A DNA stretch of 64,000 nt from a bacterium (GTDB taxonomy: Bacteria; UBA8248), in contig OZ253442.1 in NCBI GenBank assembly GCA_965261085.1, positions 3,136,001 to 3,200,000 on the forward strand, given 5' to 3'. The notes beneath the pieces were generated by a model. That model had not been told where the DNA came from and searched no databases. It was given only the letters and a program-made list of their open reading frames with translations. Shown piece by piece: positions 18,580 through 29,059 of the stretch; within the stretch, counting starts at the first letter, position 1; the number at the start of each line of letters is the position of its first letter. A program made the position numbers and the translations under genes.

Positions 18580-19569
18580 TCATTCTCTCCCTGCGTGGAG
18601 ATTGTGCTTTTCCCAACAGGCGGCCAGATGACCGTTCCCAATCGTCTCTAGCGGCGGTATCTCGCTCGCGCATCTATCCACGGCGAACTTGCACCGGGGC
18701 AGAAAAGCGCAGCCCGCGCCCAGGCGCGTCAGGTCGGGCGGCTGTCCGTCGATGGGGTCCAGGCGCTTTTGCCTGGGCTGATCGAGCCTCGGCACGGAAC
18801 TCAGCAGCCCCAGGGTGTATGGATGCCTGGGCTCACGGTAGATGTCCGCCGCGAGACCACGCTCGATAATCCTTCCGGCGTACATGACGTTCACGCGATC
18901 CGCATACCGGGCCACCACGCCGAGGTTGTGCGTGATGATGATGAGCGCCACACCGAGGCGTTTGGTGAGGTTTTTCATCAACTCCAGAATCTGGGCCTGG
19001 ATGGTGACGTCGAGCGCCGTTGTCGGCTCATCCGCGATGATGAGCTTCGGCTCGCAGCAAAGCGCCATCGCGATCATCACCCTTTGCCGCATCCCGCCGC
19101 TCAGGTGATGGGGGTATTGCCGAATGCGCCGCTCGGGCTCGGATATGCCCACGAGGCGGAGATATTCGACCGCTTTTTTCTCCGCGTCGGCCCTGTCCAT
19201 GCCGAGGTGATGCTCCATCGTCTCGGTGAGCTGCAGCCCGATGGTCAAAACGGGGTTGAGGGAAGTCATCGGCTCCTGAAAGATCATGCCGATCTGGCGG
19301 CCCCGGATGTTTCTGATCTGCAAATCGTCGAGTTTGATCAGATCATCTCCCAGAAAGCGTATCACTCCCCCGACGATGCGGCCGGGCGGGTTCGGGATGA
19401 GGCCGAGAACGGAGAGCGCGCTCACGGACTTCCCGCAGCCCGATTCGCCGACAATCGCCACCGTCTCGCCTTCCTGAACGTCATAAGAGATGCCGTTGAC
19501 GGCCTTGACGACGCCGGAGGAGGTGAAAAAATGCGTTCTCAAGTCTTCGATTTCAAGAAGCGCGCTCAT
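18580..19569 (-). CDS. Peptide ABC ATPase (DppD/OppD)
   Basis: [16 protein letters not shown] and DEPTTALD motifs. Confidence 0.94.
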   Translation of the reverse strand: MSALLEIEDLRTHFFTSSGVVKAVNGISYDVQEGETVAIVGESGCGKSVSALSVLGLIPNPPGRIVGGVIRFLGDDLIKLDDLQIRNIRGRQIGMIFQEPMTSLNPVLTIGLQLTETMEHHLGMDRADAEKKAVEYLRLVGISEPERRIRQYPHHLSGGMRQRVMIAMALCCEPKLIIADEPTTALDVTIQAQILELMKNLTKRLGVALIIITHNLGVVARYADRVNVMYAGRIIERGLAADIYREPRHPYTLGLLSSVPRLDQPRQKRLDPIDGQPPDLTRLGAGCAFLPRCKFAVDRCASEIPPLETIGNGHLAACWEKHNLHAGRE

Positions 19570-19742
19570 CCACACTCGATCTTTTGAAACCAGGAAGAAG
19601 CAAAGACAAAAAATATCATTGGTGCTTTGTCAATCCAAGATATGGAAAACACTAAATCTTGTTATAGGTAAAGTCAATCGGTGATTTTCGCGGCATGGGC
19701 GAGGGCCTTTTTCAGGCGTCAAATGGTGGGCGAAGCGCGGCG

Positions 19743-21872
19743 TCAGGCGGAGTTTCGGGTGATGACGAGCGCATCCGCCACGAGGCATCCCCTGCCCGCT
19801 TCGCGCAGAAAAACGGGGTTCAAATCCACTTCTTCAATCTGCGCGCGGTGGGCGAAAGCGAGGTCTCCCAGGCGGCGGATCGCCTCGGCGAACGCTTTTG
19901 TGTCGAGCGGCCCGCGCCCACGGTGGCTCTCGAATATCTTCTTGCTCTTCAGTTCATCCATCATCTCGTAGGCGTCATCGAGCACAAGAGGCGCTGCCCG
20001 CGCGCTCACGTCGTCGAGAAGCTCCACATCCACCCCGCCCAGGCCAATCGTCACCATCGGGCCGAACTGCGGGTCCCTCTTCACGCCGAGCAAAAACTCG
20101 ACGCCATCCCCAACCTGCTCCTGAAGGAGATAACCCTCCAGATCACACCTTTTGCGCAAACTCGAGATTTCAGAGAGGGCGGCTTCGAGCGACGCCTCAT
20201 CGCCCAGGCCCGTTTTCACCAGCCCCCATTCCGTCTTGTGATGAATTTTCGAGGACACCCCCTTCAAAACGAGCGGAAAGCGCAAATCACGCGCCGCCCG
20301 GCGCACCTCTTCTTCTGTGCGGCAATACCGGTGGGCCACCACGGGCAAACCGAAATCCCGCATGAGCGCCAGACATTGCGCTTCATTCAGTGAGCCGGCG
20401 CTCGACAGGGTTTCCGCTACCGAGGGGGATGGCGCTTCATTAACGGGCGGCGGCGCGCTATTTTTTCTTCTCTTCAAAACTTCTGCATACCGCACCAGGG
20501 CCGCCGCCGCGCGCGCGCAGCCCGAGATGGACTGAAATGAGGCTATCCCCTTTCCCGCCAGTAGCCTGTGCGCATCCTCCGCATGGGGATTGAAATATGC
20601 CAGCATGGGAACGTCGGGGCTCGTCCGCTTCAAGCGTACGATGGGCTCCACTCCCATCTCGGGCTTGAACTGCGCGCTCGAACCCACGATGGGAATCACC
20701 GCGTCGAAGGGGCCGCTCTCGAGAAAATTTTCGAGAAAATCCGAATAAAGGTGAATGTCCGCGATGGTGGTATCGAGCGGATTCTCTATCCGCCCAAACG
20801 CGGGGTGTTTTTCCTTTATCCTGGCGCTGAGGGCGTCATCCACCTCGGCGACTTCCAGGCCGAGGGCGCCGCACTTATCGGCCATCAAGGCGCCCGCCCC
20901 GCCCGTCGTCGTCACGATGCCCACTCTCTTTCCCTTTGGTCTTGCCGAGACGCAAAACATGTGGGCGACCTCGAAAAGCGCTTCGAGGTCATCCACCCGC
21001 GTGACGCCCCACCCCCGGAACAGCGCCTCATAGGCCCTGTCCTCACCCACCATGGCCCCCGTATGGCTCAAGGCCGCGCGCTCCCCCTCGCGCGCCTCGC
21101 CCACCTTCAGCACGACCACGGGCTTCTCCCGGCGCAGCGCTTTTTCGAGAACCTTTTTGAACTTCTCTCCGTCGCGCACCCCTTCGAGATAGACCGCGAT
21201 GGCGTGGGTGTGGGAATCGTCGATGAGATAATCGAGATAATCCGAGACTTCCAGATCCATCTCGTTGCCGCAGGAGATCAGGTAGCTGAACCCGATGCCG
21301 CGCTGTGTGGCGCGCGAGAGCAGTGCGCCGCCGATGCTCCCGCTCTGGCAGACGACCCCAATGCGCCCCGGCAGCATCTCCTCCACGTCGAGCGCGATTA
21401 AGCCCGCGAGGTGAAAATTGTGATGGAAATTGTGAACGCCCGACGTATTCGGCCCGCAAACGCGGATGCCGGTATTTCGGGCGATGCGCTGAATGTCAGC
21501 TTCCAGGCTCGCGCCCGCCTCGTCCGCCTCGGAAAAACCGCCGGTATAGATGATGGCCGCGCCTACTCCCGCCTCGGCGCATTCGGCCAGAACGCCCGCC
21601 ACTCGCTCTCTTCCCACGGTGATGAATGCGACATCCGGCGCTTCGGGAAGCGCGTCGAGACTCGACCGGCAAGGCAGGCCGGCCACTTCCTCGTATTTGG
21701 GATTTATGGGGTATACCCGACCCGCAAAGCCGTGGCGCAGTAGATTCTTCACCAGGCGGCCGTTGAACTGCTCAAGGTTCGCCGACGCCCCGACGACGGC
21801 TATCGAGGCGGGCGAGAGAAGATTTTCAAGGCCTTCAGTTACGTTGCGTCGCATAATCAGGCGATTTCCCAA
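19743..21872 (-). CDS. Acetate/acyl-CoA ligase (ADP-forming) family, fused alpha-beta
   Basis: SIAVVGAS CoA-binding motif, GPN, CQSG, phospho-His SHTGA, C-terminal ATP-grasp (HKTE.G.V, DPQFGP, DLNPV); start uncertain (21872 or 21854). Confidence 0.9.
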   Translation of the reverse strand: MGNRLIMRRNVTEGLENLLSPASIAVVGASANLEQFNGRLVKNLLRHGFAGRVYPINPKYEEVAGLPCRSSLDALPEAPDVAFITVGRERVAGVLAECAEAGVGAAIIYTGGFSEADEAGASLEADIQRIARNTGIRVCGPNTSGVHNFHHNFHLAGLIALDVEEMLPGRIGVVCQSGSIGGALLSRATQRGIGFSYLISCGNEMDLEVSDYLDYLIDDSHTHAIAVYLEGVRDGEKFKKVLEKALRREKPVVVLKVGEAREGERAALSHTGAMVGEDRAYEALFRGWGVTRVDDLEALFEVAHMFCVSARPKGKRVGIVTTTGGAGALMADKCGALGLEVAEVDDALSARIKEKHPAFGRIENPLDTTIADIHLYSDFLENFLESGPFDAVIPIVGSSAQFKPEMGVEPIVRLKRTSPDVPMLAYFNPHAEDAHRLLAGKGIASFQSISGCARAAAALVRYAEVLKRRKNSAPPPVNEAPSPSVAETLSSAGSLNEAQCLALMRDFGLPVVAHRYCRTEEEVRRAARDLRFPLVLKGVSSKIHHKTEWGLVKTGLGDEASLEAALSEISSLRKRCDLEGYLLQEQVGDGVEFLLGVKRDPQFGPMVTIGLGGVDVELLDDVSARAAPLVLDDAYEMMDELKSKKIFESHRGRGPLDTKAFAEAIRRLGDLAFAHRAQIEEVDLNPVFLREAGRGCLVADALVITRNSA

Positions 21873-21892
21873 AAATTCATGGCGGGTAAAAA

Positions 21893-23044
21893 TTACGCTC
21901 TGGGCGGGCGCTGGCTGAAGGGGCGCTCATAGATCAGGGAAGCCAGGCGGTTTCTCAACATCTCGGTGGAACCTCCCGCGATGGACCACCCGCGAATCTT
22001 GCGGTAGAGGAACTCGAGCGGCATCTCGGTCGAAAAACCATAGCCGCCATGAAGCTGAATCGCGTCGTCCGCCACCTGGCGCGCCATCTCGTTGCAGTAG
22101 AGCTTCGCGCTCGTCGTCTCGATTGCCGAGGGCAGGCCCGCGCGCGCGTTCGAGAGCGCCCGGTAAAGGAGCAGGCGCGCCGCCTCGAGCTTGACCCGCA
22201 TGTCCGCGACCATCCACTGCACTCCCTGAAACTCACACAGGGGGCGCCCGAATTGCCGCCTCTCGCTGGTATGCGCGACCGTCATATCGTAAGCCGCCTG
22301 CGCCAGAGCGAGGCAGCGCGTGGCGTTCCCTAACCTCTCCACGTTGAACACGGGCATAAGCACCTGAAAACCCTCCGCATCCACAAGCACGTTCTCCTTA
22401 GGCGCGCGCGCGTTCTCGAAGTGAAGCGCGCAGTGCGCCTCCCCGCTCATGTAGTGTTCGGTCTTTCCTTTCGTGAAGCCGGGCGTTCCCGTCTCCACCA
22501 CGACGGCGCCGCAATCCCGCGTCCTGGGGCCGAAGCGGACGTAGACGACGAACAAATCAGCGTGCGGGGCGTTGGAACTGAAGCACTTCTGGCCGTTCAC
22601 GACGACGCTATCGCCGTCATACTCCGCCGTGGTCTGTAAATCCGTGGCCGCCGAACCGGCGTCGGGCTCCGTCATGCTGATGGAGATTATCTTCTCCCCC
22701 CGGCATATCGGGGGCAAAAACCGCTCTTTCTGCTCGGCGGAACCCAATTCGTCTATCACGCGGATGGGGCCCATGTTCCCCATCTGCACCACGTCGCCGC
22801 TGTGGGGGCACACTTGGGAGACCGCCTCCATCACCAGGCAGGCCTCGAAAATCGAGTGGCCCCCTCCGTGGGGTTCGGTTACCGTCATACCCATCATGCC
22901 GTGCTCGGCCAGCACCTGCATCGAACGCCGGGGGTATTCTCCCGTTCGCGCATAGGAGAAGGCATCGGGCGCGAATTCCCTTAAAGCCAGTTCCCGCGCC
23001 GTCTGCTGGAGCAGGCGGTCTGATTCTTCAAGTTGAAAATCCAC
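21893..23044 (-). CDS. Acyl-CoA dehydrogenase family protein
   Basis: MTEPDAGS, VNGQKCF, RRQFGRPL..FQGV and AIQLHGGYG motifs; GTG at 23044 with AAGGAGG RBS. Confidence 0.92.
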   Translation of the reverse strand: MDFQLEESDRLLQQTARELALREFAPDAFSYARTGEYPRRSMQVLAEHGMMGMTVTEPHGGGHSIFEACLVMEAVSQVCPHSGDVVQMGNMGPIRVIDELGSAEQKERFLPPICRGEKIISISMTEPDAGSAATDLQTTAEYDGDSVVVNGQKCFSSNAPHADLFVVYVRFGPRTRDCGAVVVETGTPGFTKGKTEHYMSGEAHCALHFENARAPKENVLVDAEGFQVLMPVFNVERLGNATRCLALAQAAYDMTVAHTSERRQFGRPLCEFQGVQWMVADMRVKLEAARLLLYRALSNARAGLPSAIETTSAKLYCNEMARQVADDAIQLHGGYGFSTEMPLEFLYRKIRGWSIAGGSTEMLRNRLASLIYERPFSQRPPRA

Positions 23045-23283
23045 GAAACCTCCTTCAAAACCATTGGAGCGATGACACCGCAAATACCCAAGAGCGCGCC
23101 GCCTGCCCTGCTGATCACTCCAGGCGGACATGCGCGACATCCCAAGTTTTACAACACCTTCGGTTTCGAGGCGAGACGCCGCGCATCGATGAAACTAAGC
23201 CATGCGGCGAGCACGGAGGCGCTTTGGCCTCCCGCCGAATTATTCTACAATCACAGAATCCACTATCCGCTCCGGAGACTGCG

Positions 23284-24012
23284 ATGAACACCGCCCATGA
23301 AACCCCGTTTCGCGTCGGCCTTCTGGTTCCCTCGTCGAACGCAACGATGGAGCGCGATTTTCACAAGAACCTGCCGGAGGGAGTCTTCACCGCCACTTCC
23401 CGCATGTTCCTCGATGAGACGACGAAGCAGGCCGAAATCCGCATGATCGAAGAATCCCTGCCCGAGGCGAACCGGATGCTTAGGACCGTTCATCCCCATT
23501 TTTGCGTCTTCGGCTGCACGTCGGGCGGCGCACTCTTCGGACAGGCGCATGACCAGAAGATTAAAGCGCAAATCGAAGAGCAAACCGGCGCGGAGACGGC
23601 CACCATTCTTTCTGCGCTCTCGCGTGAATTCGCCGAGATGGGGGCCAGGAAACTGGTGGTGCTCACGCCCTACGTCGATGAGTTGAACGCGTCCATACGC
23701 GCCTCTCTCGAAGAAGACGGCATGGAGGTTCTCTCGATAGACGGCATGGGGATAACGGACAACATCGAGATCGGCAACACGCGGGCGGATAAAATCCTAA
23801 AGTTCGCGGACGAGAGGCTCTCCCCTCAGAACTTGAAAAAAGCGGATTGTCTTTTCATCTCCTGCACGAACCTCCCCGCCGTCGACGCCCTGCCCGAGAT
23901 TCATGCCCGCTATCCCGACCTCCCCCTGATGACGAGCAACCTGGCCGCTCTCCTGGCGGTGCGTAGAAAATTTGAGGGGGGAATGACGCGGGAGAGCGCC
24001 CGCCCGGGATGA
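23284..24012 (+). CDS. Maleate cis-trans isomerase / Asp-Glu racemase family protein
   Basis: GLLVPSSNATME, GCTSGG, TPY, SCTNL and TSN motifs; both catalytic cysteines present. Confidence 0.87.
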   Translation: MNTAHETPFRVGLLVPSSNATMERDFHKNLPEGVFTATSRMFLDETTKQAEIRMIEESLPEANRMLRTVHPHFCVFGCTSGGALFGQAHDQKIKAQIEEQTGAETATILSALSREFAEMGARKLVVLTPYVDELNASIRASLEEDGMEVLSIDGMGITDNIEIGNTRADKILKFADERLSPQNLKKADCLFISCTNLPAVDALPEIHARYPDLPLMTSNLAALLAVRRKFEGGMTRESARPG

Positions 24013-24144
24013 CTCCGCTCTCTTCCTCTGACGTAAAAATCGGTGTAGGATTGGCATCCGCTATATTGACATGGCAGCATCCAGCATCGAGGGCGCCTCG
24101 GGGCGCGCCTTGAGCAGGATGCGTATGAACCTCACCAGAATGGA

Positions 24145-25533
24145 GTGAATTTAATCTTGGAAGCGCGCGTACTCTCCCCTTGCGGCGTCATCGGCTCCGG
24201 TTTTCCCCAAAGCTCTTTCGAGCGTGGCTTGTCCATGAAGCCGCACATCATCGCCTGCGACGGGGGATCGACGGACAACGGGCCGGCTTTTCTCGGTGCG
24301 GGCAAACCGAACTTCTCCCGCTCGGCGACCAAGCGCGACCTGAAGCTCATGCTCAAAGGGCGAGAAAGCCTGGGAGTTCCCATGATAGTCGGTTCATGCG
24401 GAACGGCGGGCGGTGACGCAGGGCTCGAGTGGATGCGCGATATTTGTCTGGAAATCGCCCGCGAGGAGGGCCTGAGTTTCAATCTCGCACTGGTCCGGGG
24501 TGAGCAGGAAAAGGCGTATCTCAAGAAAAGATACAAGGAAGGCCGCATCCAGGCGCTCGACCCCGCACCCCCGCTCGATGAAGAGATAATCGAAAAAAGC
24601 GCGCACATCGTGGGCATGATGGGCGATGAACCCATCGCCCGGGCGCTCGATCAGGGAGCGGACGTGGTGTTGACGGGCAGGGCTTCTGACACCTCGGTCT
24701 TCGCCTGCCATCCCGTGCGGATGGGTGCGGACCGTGGCCTTTCCTGGCATGCGGCGAAGATACTCGAATGCGGCGCTGCCTGCGCCGTGCACCGCGCGCG
24801 GCCGGATGGTTGTTTCGCCTGGATTCGGGACGATCATTTCGTGGTCGAGCCCTTGAACCCGCAGATGTACTGCACCCCGCAGAGCGTGGCCTCCCACACC
24901 CTGTATGAAAACACGGACCCTTACCGCATCACCGAACCCGCTGGCGTCCTCGACACGAGCCGCTCGGCTTATTCGGCGGAAAACGAGCGCTCCGTTCGCG
25001 TAGTGGGTTCCGAGTTCCATACGGCGGAGCGGTATTCCATCAAGCTCGAAGGAGCCGAACTCGTCGGCTACCAGTCGGTGATCATCGGCGGCGTGCGCGA
25101 CCCCATGATCCTCAAGCAACTCGACTCCTGGCTCGACGGCATCAGAGAGGGCTTCGATACGCGCGTTCAGGAAATCTTCCCCGACCGGGAAACGCCGCCC
25201 GCTTATCAACTCACCATCCGCGTATTCGGGCGCGACGCCGTGATGGGGAAGCTCGAACCCCAGGCGGACCGGATTCCGCACGAGGTGGGCGTTCTCTTCG
25301 AGGTGACGGCGGAGGATCAGGTATCCGCCAATACGATGGCGGCCACCCTGGCCCATTTCGCGCTCCACTACCCCATTCCCGAGTGGGGCGGCCTCATATC
25401 GACCCTGGCGTTTCCCTTCACGCCGGCGGAGCTTGAAAAAGGCCCTGTCTATCGCTTCAACCTGAACCACATTGTCTACCCGGACGACCCCTACGAGATG
25501 TTCCCGGCCGAGATGATGGAGGTGGCGAACTGA
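24145..25533 (+). CDS. AtuA/DUF1446 family protein
   Basis: DGGSTDNGP, GSCGTAG, GRASD, WHAAKILECG and HTLYEN motifs. Confidence 0.85.
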   Translation: MNLILEARVLSPCGVIGSGFPQSSFERGLSMKPHIIACDGGSTDNGPAFLGAGKPNFSRSATKRDLKLMLKGRESLGVPMIVGSCGTAGGDAGLEWMRDICLEIAREEGLSFNLALVRGEQEKAYLKKRYKEGRIQALDPAPPLDEEIIEKSAHIVGMMGDEPIARALDQGADVVLTGRASDTSVFACHPVRMGADRGLSWHAAKILECGAACAVHRARPDGCFAWIRDDHFVVEPLNPQMYCTPQSVASHTLYENTDPYRITEPAGVLDTSRSAYSAENERSVRVVGSEFHTAERYSIKLEGAELVGYQSVIIGGVRDPMILKQLDSWLDGIREGFDTRVQEIFPDRETPPAYQLTIRVFGRDAVMGKLEPQADRIPHEVGVLFEVTAEDQVSANTMAATLAHFALHYPIPEWGGLISTLAFPFTPAELEKGPVYRFNLNHIVYPDDPYEMFPAEMMEVAN

Positions 25534-25847
25534 TGGCCACGCTCGGTGAACTCGCCAAACTCATTCGCTCGAAAAACGCAGGGCCGTTCAACCTCACGTT
25601 CGACGTCATGTTCGATGAGGAAGACACCTATCGGCATGTGGTGGATTCGAATGTCCTCACCAAGGAGGTGTTTTGCCGCCTCTACAATCTGACCGAGGAG
25701 AAGGTGCTGCTCGTCCACCACGACGCCGCGCGCGCGATTAAAATATCCATTCCCCGCCCCGTGTTCTCCTGCGATCTGGAAGACGCCGACTGCTACGGCG
25801 GCCAGCAGTTCGGCCCCCTTGTCGGCCTCGAAGTCCCGGACCCATAA
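25533..25847 (+). CDS. DUF4387 family protein
   Basis: IRSKNAGPFNLTFD and D.YGGQQ motifs; TGATG coupling to the AtuA-like gene. Confidence 0.87.
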   Translation: MATLGELAKLIRSKNAGPFNLTFDVMFDEEDTYRHVVDSNVLTKEVFCRLYNLTEEKVLLVHHDAARAIKISIPRPVFSCDLEDADCYGGQQFGPLVGLEVPDP

Positions 25848-25871
25848 GAAAGACTGCGCGGAGATAAGAAG

Positions 25872-26480
25872 ATGGCGATTCAGACGACCGCGGATGAGAT
25901 TCGAGCGCTCTTCCCGGAGGTGAACCAAATCGAAGACGCCGATTTACGCGAGGGCGTCATCGACATCTGGCTGGACTTGGCCCGGGAGACCGCCTGGGAG
26001 CGTTTCGGGGACATCCCCAAAAACCTGAAAGAAGAAAAACACATGACGCTCATCGGCCACGTTCAGGGCGTCACCCAAATGGCGCTCGCCATGGCCGATA
26101 TCGCCGAAAGACTCCACGGGATCCAGGTCGACCGCGACCTGCTCATCGCCTCCTGCATCCTGCACGACATCTCGAAACCGCTCGAGTCCACGCCCAACCC
26201 CGGCGGCCCCCCCACGGGCAGCAGCGTGCCGCCAGGGAAAATCACCGAATTCGGCGAGAAAATCCAGCACGCCGTCTACGGGGCGCACAAAATCTGGGCC
26301 AAGGGCCTGCCCAAGGCCACGGAACTGGCGCACCTGGTCATCACCCATACGCGCACGAGCAATACGCGCTCGAACAGCTACGAGGCCGCGCTGCTTTTCT
26401 ACGCCGACTGGGCGGATTCGGACGCAGGCATCGTCCTGGGCGGAGACGCGCCCTTCTCCGCGAAATGGGTGGAGAAGTAG
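25872..26480 (+). CDS. HD-domain protein
   Basis: H..GV, ILHDISK, QHAVYG, H and AD motifs of the HD superfamily. Confidence 0.8.
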   Translation: MAIQTTADEIRALFPEVNQIEDADLREGVIDIWLDLARETAWERFGDIPKNLKEEKHMTLIGHVQGVTQMALAMADIAERLHGIQVDRDLLIASCILHDISKPLESTPNPGGPPTGSSVPPGKITEFGEKIQHAVYGAHKIWAKGLPKATELAHLVITHTRTSNTRSNSYEAALLFYADWADSDAGIVLGGDAPFSAKWVEK

Positions 26481-26497
26481 GGACGATGTACATAATA

Positions 26498-26570
26498 AAG
26501 AGTAATACTCTTACCACAACTTAATGTCAGCAAGTTATTCTTCGGGACTGAGGATTATTACCCCAATAAT
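26498..26570. promoter_or_regulatory. Two palindromes upstream of the low-GC repeat gene
   Basis: AAGAGTA-A-TACTCTT (26498-26512) and ATTATT-ACCCC-AATAAT (26554-26570). Confidence 0.3.
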
Positions 26571-26603
26571 CATCACTTTGGCAGCAGAAAAGGCAAGTAA
26601 TTC

Positions 26604-27896
26604 ATGAACCGATCCACGCAGAACTTACTCATTAGCAGTACCTGCATTATTTTAATGACTCTACTGCTTTTCAATTCTTCTATTGCACAGTCTTTACCGG
26701 AAAACGCATCCAAGAACGCATTCGGGGGAGGTTGGCGATGCAATAGGGGGTATTACAAAGCCGGCCAGAAATGCCTGAGGATCCAAATCCCCGAAAACGC
26801 CAGCCTCGACTTGATCGGCAACAATTGGAAATGCAACAGAGGGTATTACATAGCCGGTCAGAAATGCCTGAGAATCCAAATCCCCGAAAACGCCAGCCTC
26901 GACTTGATCGGCAACAATTGGAAATGCAACAGAGGGTATTACATAGCCGGTCAGAAATGCCTGAGGATCCAAATCCCCGAAAACGCCAGCCTCGACTTGA
27001 TCGGCAACAATTGGAAATGCAACAGAGGGTATTACATAGCCGGTCAGAAATGCCTGAGAATCCAAATCCCCGAAAACGCCAGCCTCGACTTGATCGGCAA
27101 CAATTGGAAATGCAACAGAGGGTATTACAAGGCTGGTCATAAATGCCTGAAAATCCAAATCCCTGAAAGCGCCAGCCTCGACTTCATCGGTAACAATTGG
27201 CAATGCAACCGAGGGTATTACAAGGCTGGTCATAAATGCCTGAAAATCCAAATCCCTGAAAGCGCCAGCCTCGACTTCATCGGTAACAATTGGCAATGTA
27301 ACCGAGGGTATTACAAAGCCGGTCGTAAATGCCTAAGAATCCAAATCCCTAAAAACGCCAGCCTCGACTTCATCGGTAATAATTGGGAATGTAACCGAGG
27401 GTATAAGAAATCAAATGACTCATGCGCACCAATGTCGAAAAAAGAAATCCAGCAACAAAACAAAAGACTAGAGCAAATTATGAGGAAAATATATCGTCGC
27501 AAAGTTCAAGGAATTGATTGCAGCACGGAATTTAAAACAAACGCTGAAGTTTGCATAAAGAGAACCCACCGGGAATTGGATTGCAATAAAAGCTATGATG
27601 GAAATCATTTCACGGACTGTGATTTGCTAGTAAGTTACGATATTCAAACTGACTATCGAGGAGGCACTTACATTGATGCTGATGTTAAGTGTGAAGTTGA
27701 AATAGAGTACAAGGGAAAGCAAAGATACTCTTCACAATCAGACTCAAATTCTGAATCCAAATCTCATAGTTTATATGCACACAATAGCGAGAGCGAAACG
27801 GTGGAATTCAATTTTTCGTTTAGTTATTACGAAAAAATCACCAGCGTAAAAATAAGCTCTGCGAGTTGCGAAATAGATAGTCTAAATCTGCAATAA
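26604..27896 (+). CDS. Secreted Cys-rich repeat protein (EGF-like W-x-C-NRGY...C units) with a unique C-terminal domain
   Basis: Signal peptide; eight WxCNRGY...C units in a 31-aa period; visibly lower GC than its flanks. Confidence 0.8.
   Translation: MNRSTQNLLISSTCIILMTLLLFNSSIAQSLPENASKNAFGGGWRCNRGYYKAGQKCLRIQIPENASLDLIGNNWKCNRGYYIAGQKCLRIQIPENASLDLIGNNWKCNRGYYIAGQKCLRIQIPENASLDLIGNNWKCNRGYYIAGQKCLRIQIPENASLDLIGNNWKCNRGYYKAGHKCLKIQIPESASLDFIGNNWQCNRGYYKAGHKCLKIQIPESASLDFIGNNWQCNRGYYKAGRKCLRIQIPKNASLDFIGNNWECNRGYKKSNDSCAPMSKKEIQQQNKRLEQIMRKIYRRKVQGIDCSTEFKTNAEVCIKRTHRELDCNKSYDGNHFTDCDLLVSYDIQTDYRGGTYIDADVKCEVEIEYKGKQRYSSQSDSNSESKSHSLYAHNSESETVEFNFSFSYYEKITSVKISSASCEIDSLNLQ
26694..27425 (+). 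repeat. 93-bp intragenic tandem repeat (7 clear units plus a degenerate first unit)
   Basis: ATCCAAATCCC.GAAA.CGCCAGCCTCGAC recurs at 26781, 26874, 26967, 27060, 27153, 27246 and 27339. Confidence 0.95.
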
Positions 27897-27932
27897 GAAA
27901 TGTGGATATAACGCGATATTTGTCACTTCCAT

Positions 27933-28835
27933 TCACTTCCCCCAGGCAATCGCAAACGCGCCCACCACGGAGAGGACGCCGCCTACCACGATGCGCAGGG
28001 TGATGCTCTCCTGTTTCTTCAGGAACAGCCACGAGAAAATGATGACCCACAAGACGGAGAGGCGGTTGATGGGTATCACCTGCACCACCTCTCCCTCCCT
28101 GAACGCCGTCCAGAAGCAGAGGGCGGCTATTATATTCGCGACGACCCCGCAGGCAATCGTTACCAGTCCCCTGGGGCTCCAGCCTTTCATCCCGCTTTCT
28201 TCCTTCGTGAACGGCATGGCCAGAAGAAGCAGGGACATCGCCGTGAAGGTGGAAATCGCGATTCCCAGAGATTCCGAGGGCATGACGAGGATGGCGTATT
28301 TTCTGAAAACAAACGTCAAGGAAAACAAGAAGGAAGCGATGACCGGCACGAGAAAATAAACCAGCGCCACGTCCTTCTCACCCGATTCTCTTTTGGAGGA
28401 CTCTCTCTTATAGACGAGAAGAACGGCCCCGATCATGATGGCGAAAGTGCCGACGGCCACGCCCGCCGAGAAGCGCTCACCCAATATGAACACGCCCACG
28501 AGCGCCGACCACACCAGGATCGACTGCACCATAATCTGCGTCCGCGCCAGACCGAGCAGGCGCATCGACCCGAAAATCATGTAACGCCCGACCGAACTCC
28601 CGAAAAGGCCGATGAGCATGTACCACATGACGCCTTCCATCCGCCATGAAACGCTCTCGCCCCAGGCGAGGTAGAGCATGATCGCCAGTATCGCGGTGAG
28701 GGCGTTCATCACAATGGCCGCAATCCCCGGTCCGATATGGATCAGCGCCTTTCGATAGAATACTTGGGAGACGGCGACGAAAAACGCCGCGATGAACGAC
28801 AGGAGGTTCGGATCTAAGGATTTGAGCAAAATCAC
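27933..28835 (-). CDS. DMT/EamA family transporter
   Basis: About ten hydrophobic helices in two repeats; FILGER and FLKKQE motifs. Confidence 0.85.
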   Translation of the reverse strand: MILLKSLDPNLLSFIAAFFVAVSQVFYRKALIHIGPGIAAIVMNALTAILAIMLYLAWGESVSWRMEGVMWYMLIGLFGSSVGRYMIFGSMRLLGLARTQIMVQSILVWSALVGVFILGERFSAGVAVGTFAIMIGAVLLVYKRESSKRESGEKDVALVYFLVPVIASFLFSLTFVFRKYAILVMPSESLGIAISTFTAMSLLLLAMPFTKEESGMKGWSPRGLVTIACGVVANIIAALCFWTAFREGEVVQVIPINRLSVLWVIIFSWLFLKKQESITLRIVVGGVLSVVGAFAIAWGK

Positions 28836-28994
28836 CCCATAAAAGGACGGTGCGAGCGGCGCTACGCAATCCGGCAGCCGGGGAAGCGAGTATCACACCC
28901 ACACTCCCCCTCGCGCTGATCCCGAAAACCAGAGAATTACCCGGGATTTGCTTCCGACTGATACTGGCGCAGGCGCACGAAAACGCATCCGGCG

Positions 28995-29029
28995 AAAAAA
29001 GCCTGGTGGTTGGGGAACGTCACCCAGGC
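28995..29029 (-). terminator. Possible intrinsic terminator after the acyl-CoA synthetase
   Basis: GCCTGG/CCAGGC stem followed by T6 on the minus strand. Confidence 0.35.
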
Positions 29030-29059
29030 GGCTGTGCGCTCAAAAATTCTCGACGCCGC

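Noticed and set aside
26485-26540. dif/Xer or integron attC site at the edge of the low-GC gene
   Set aside because: Only one arm loosely resembles XerC, and there is no XerD arm or paired attC boxes.
26694-27425. 93-bp repeats as CRISPR or DGR template/variable repeats
   Set aside because: They are contiguous coding repeats, differences are not confined to adenines, and there is no reverse transcriptase.
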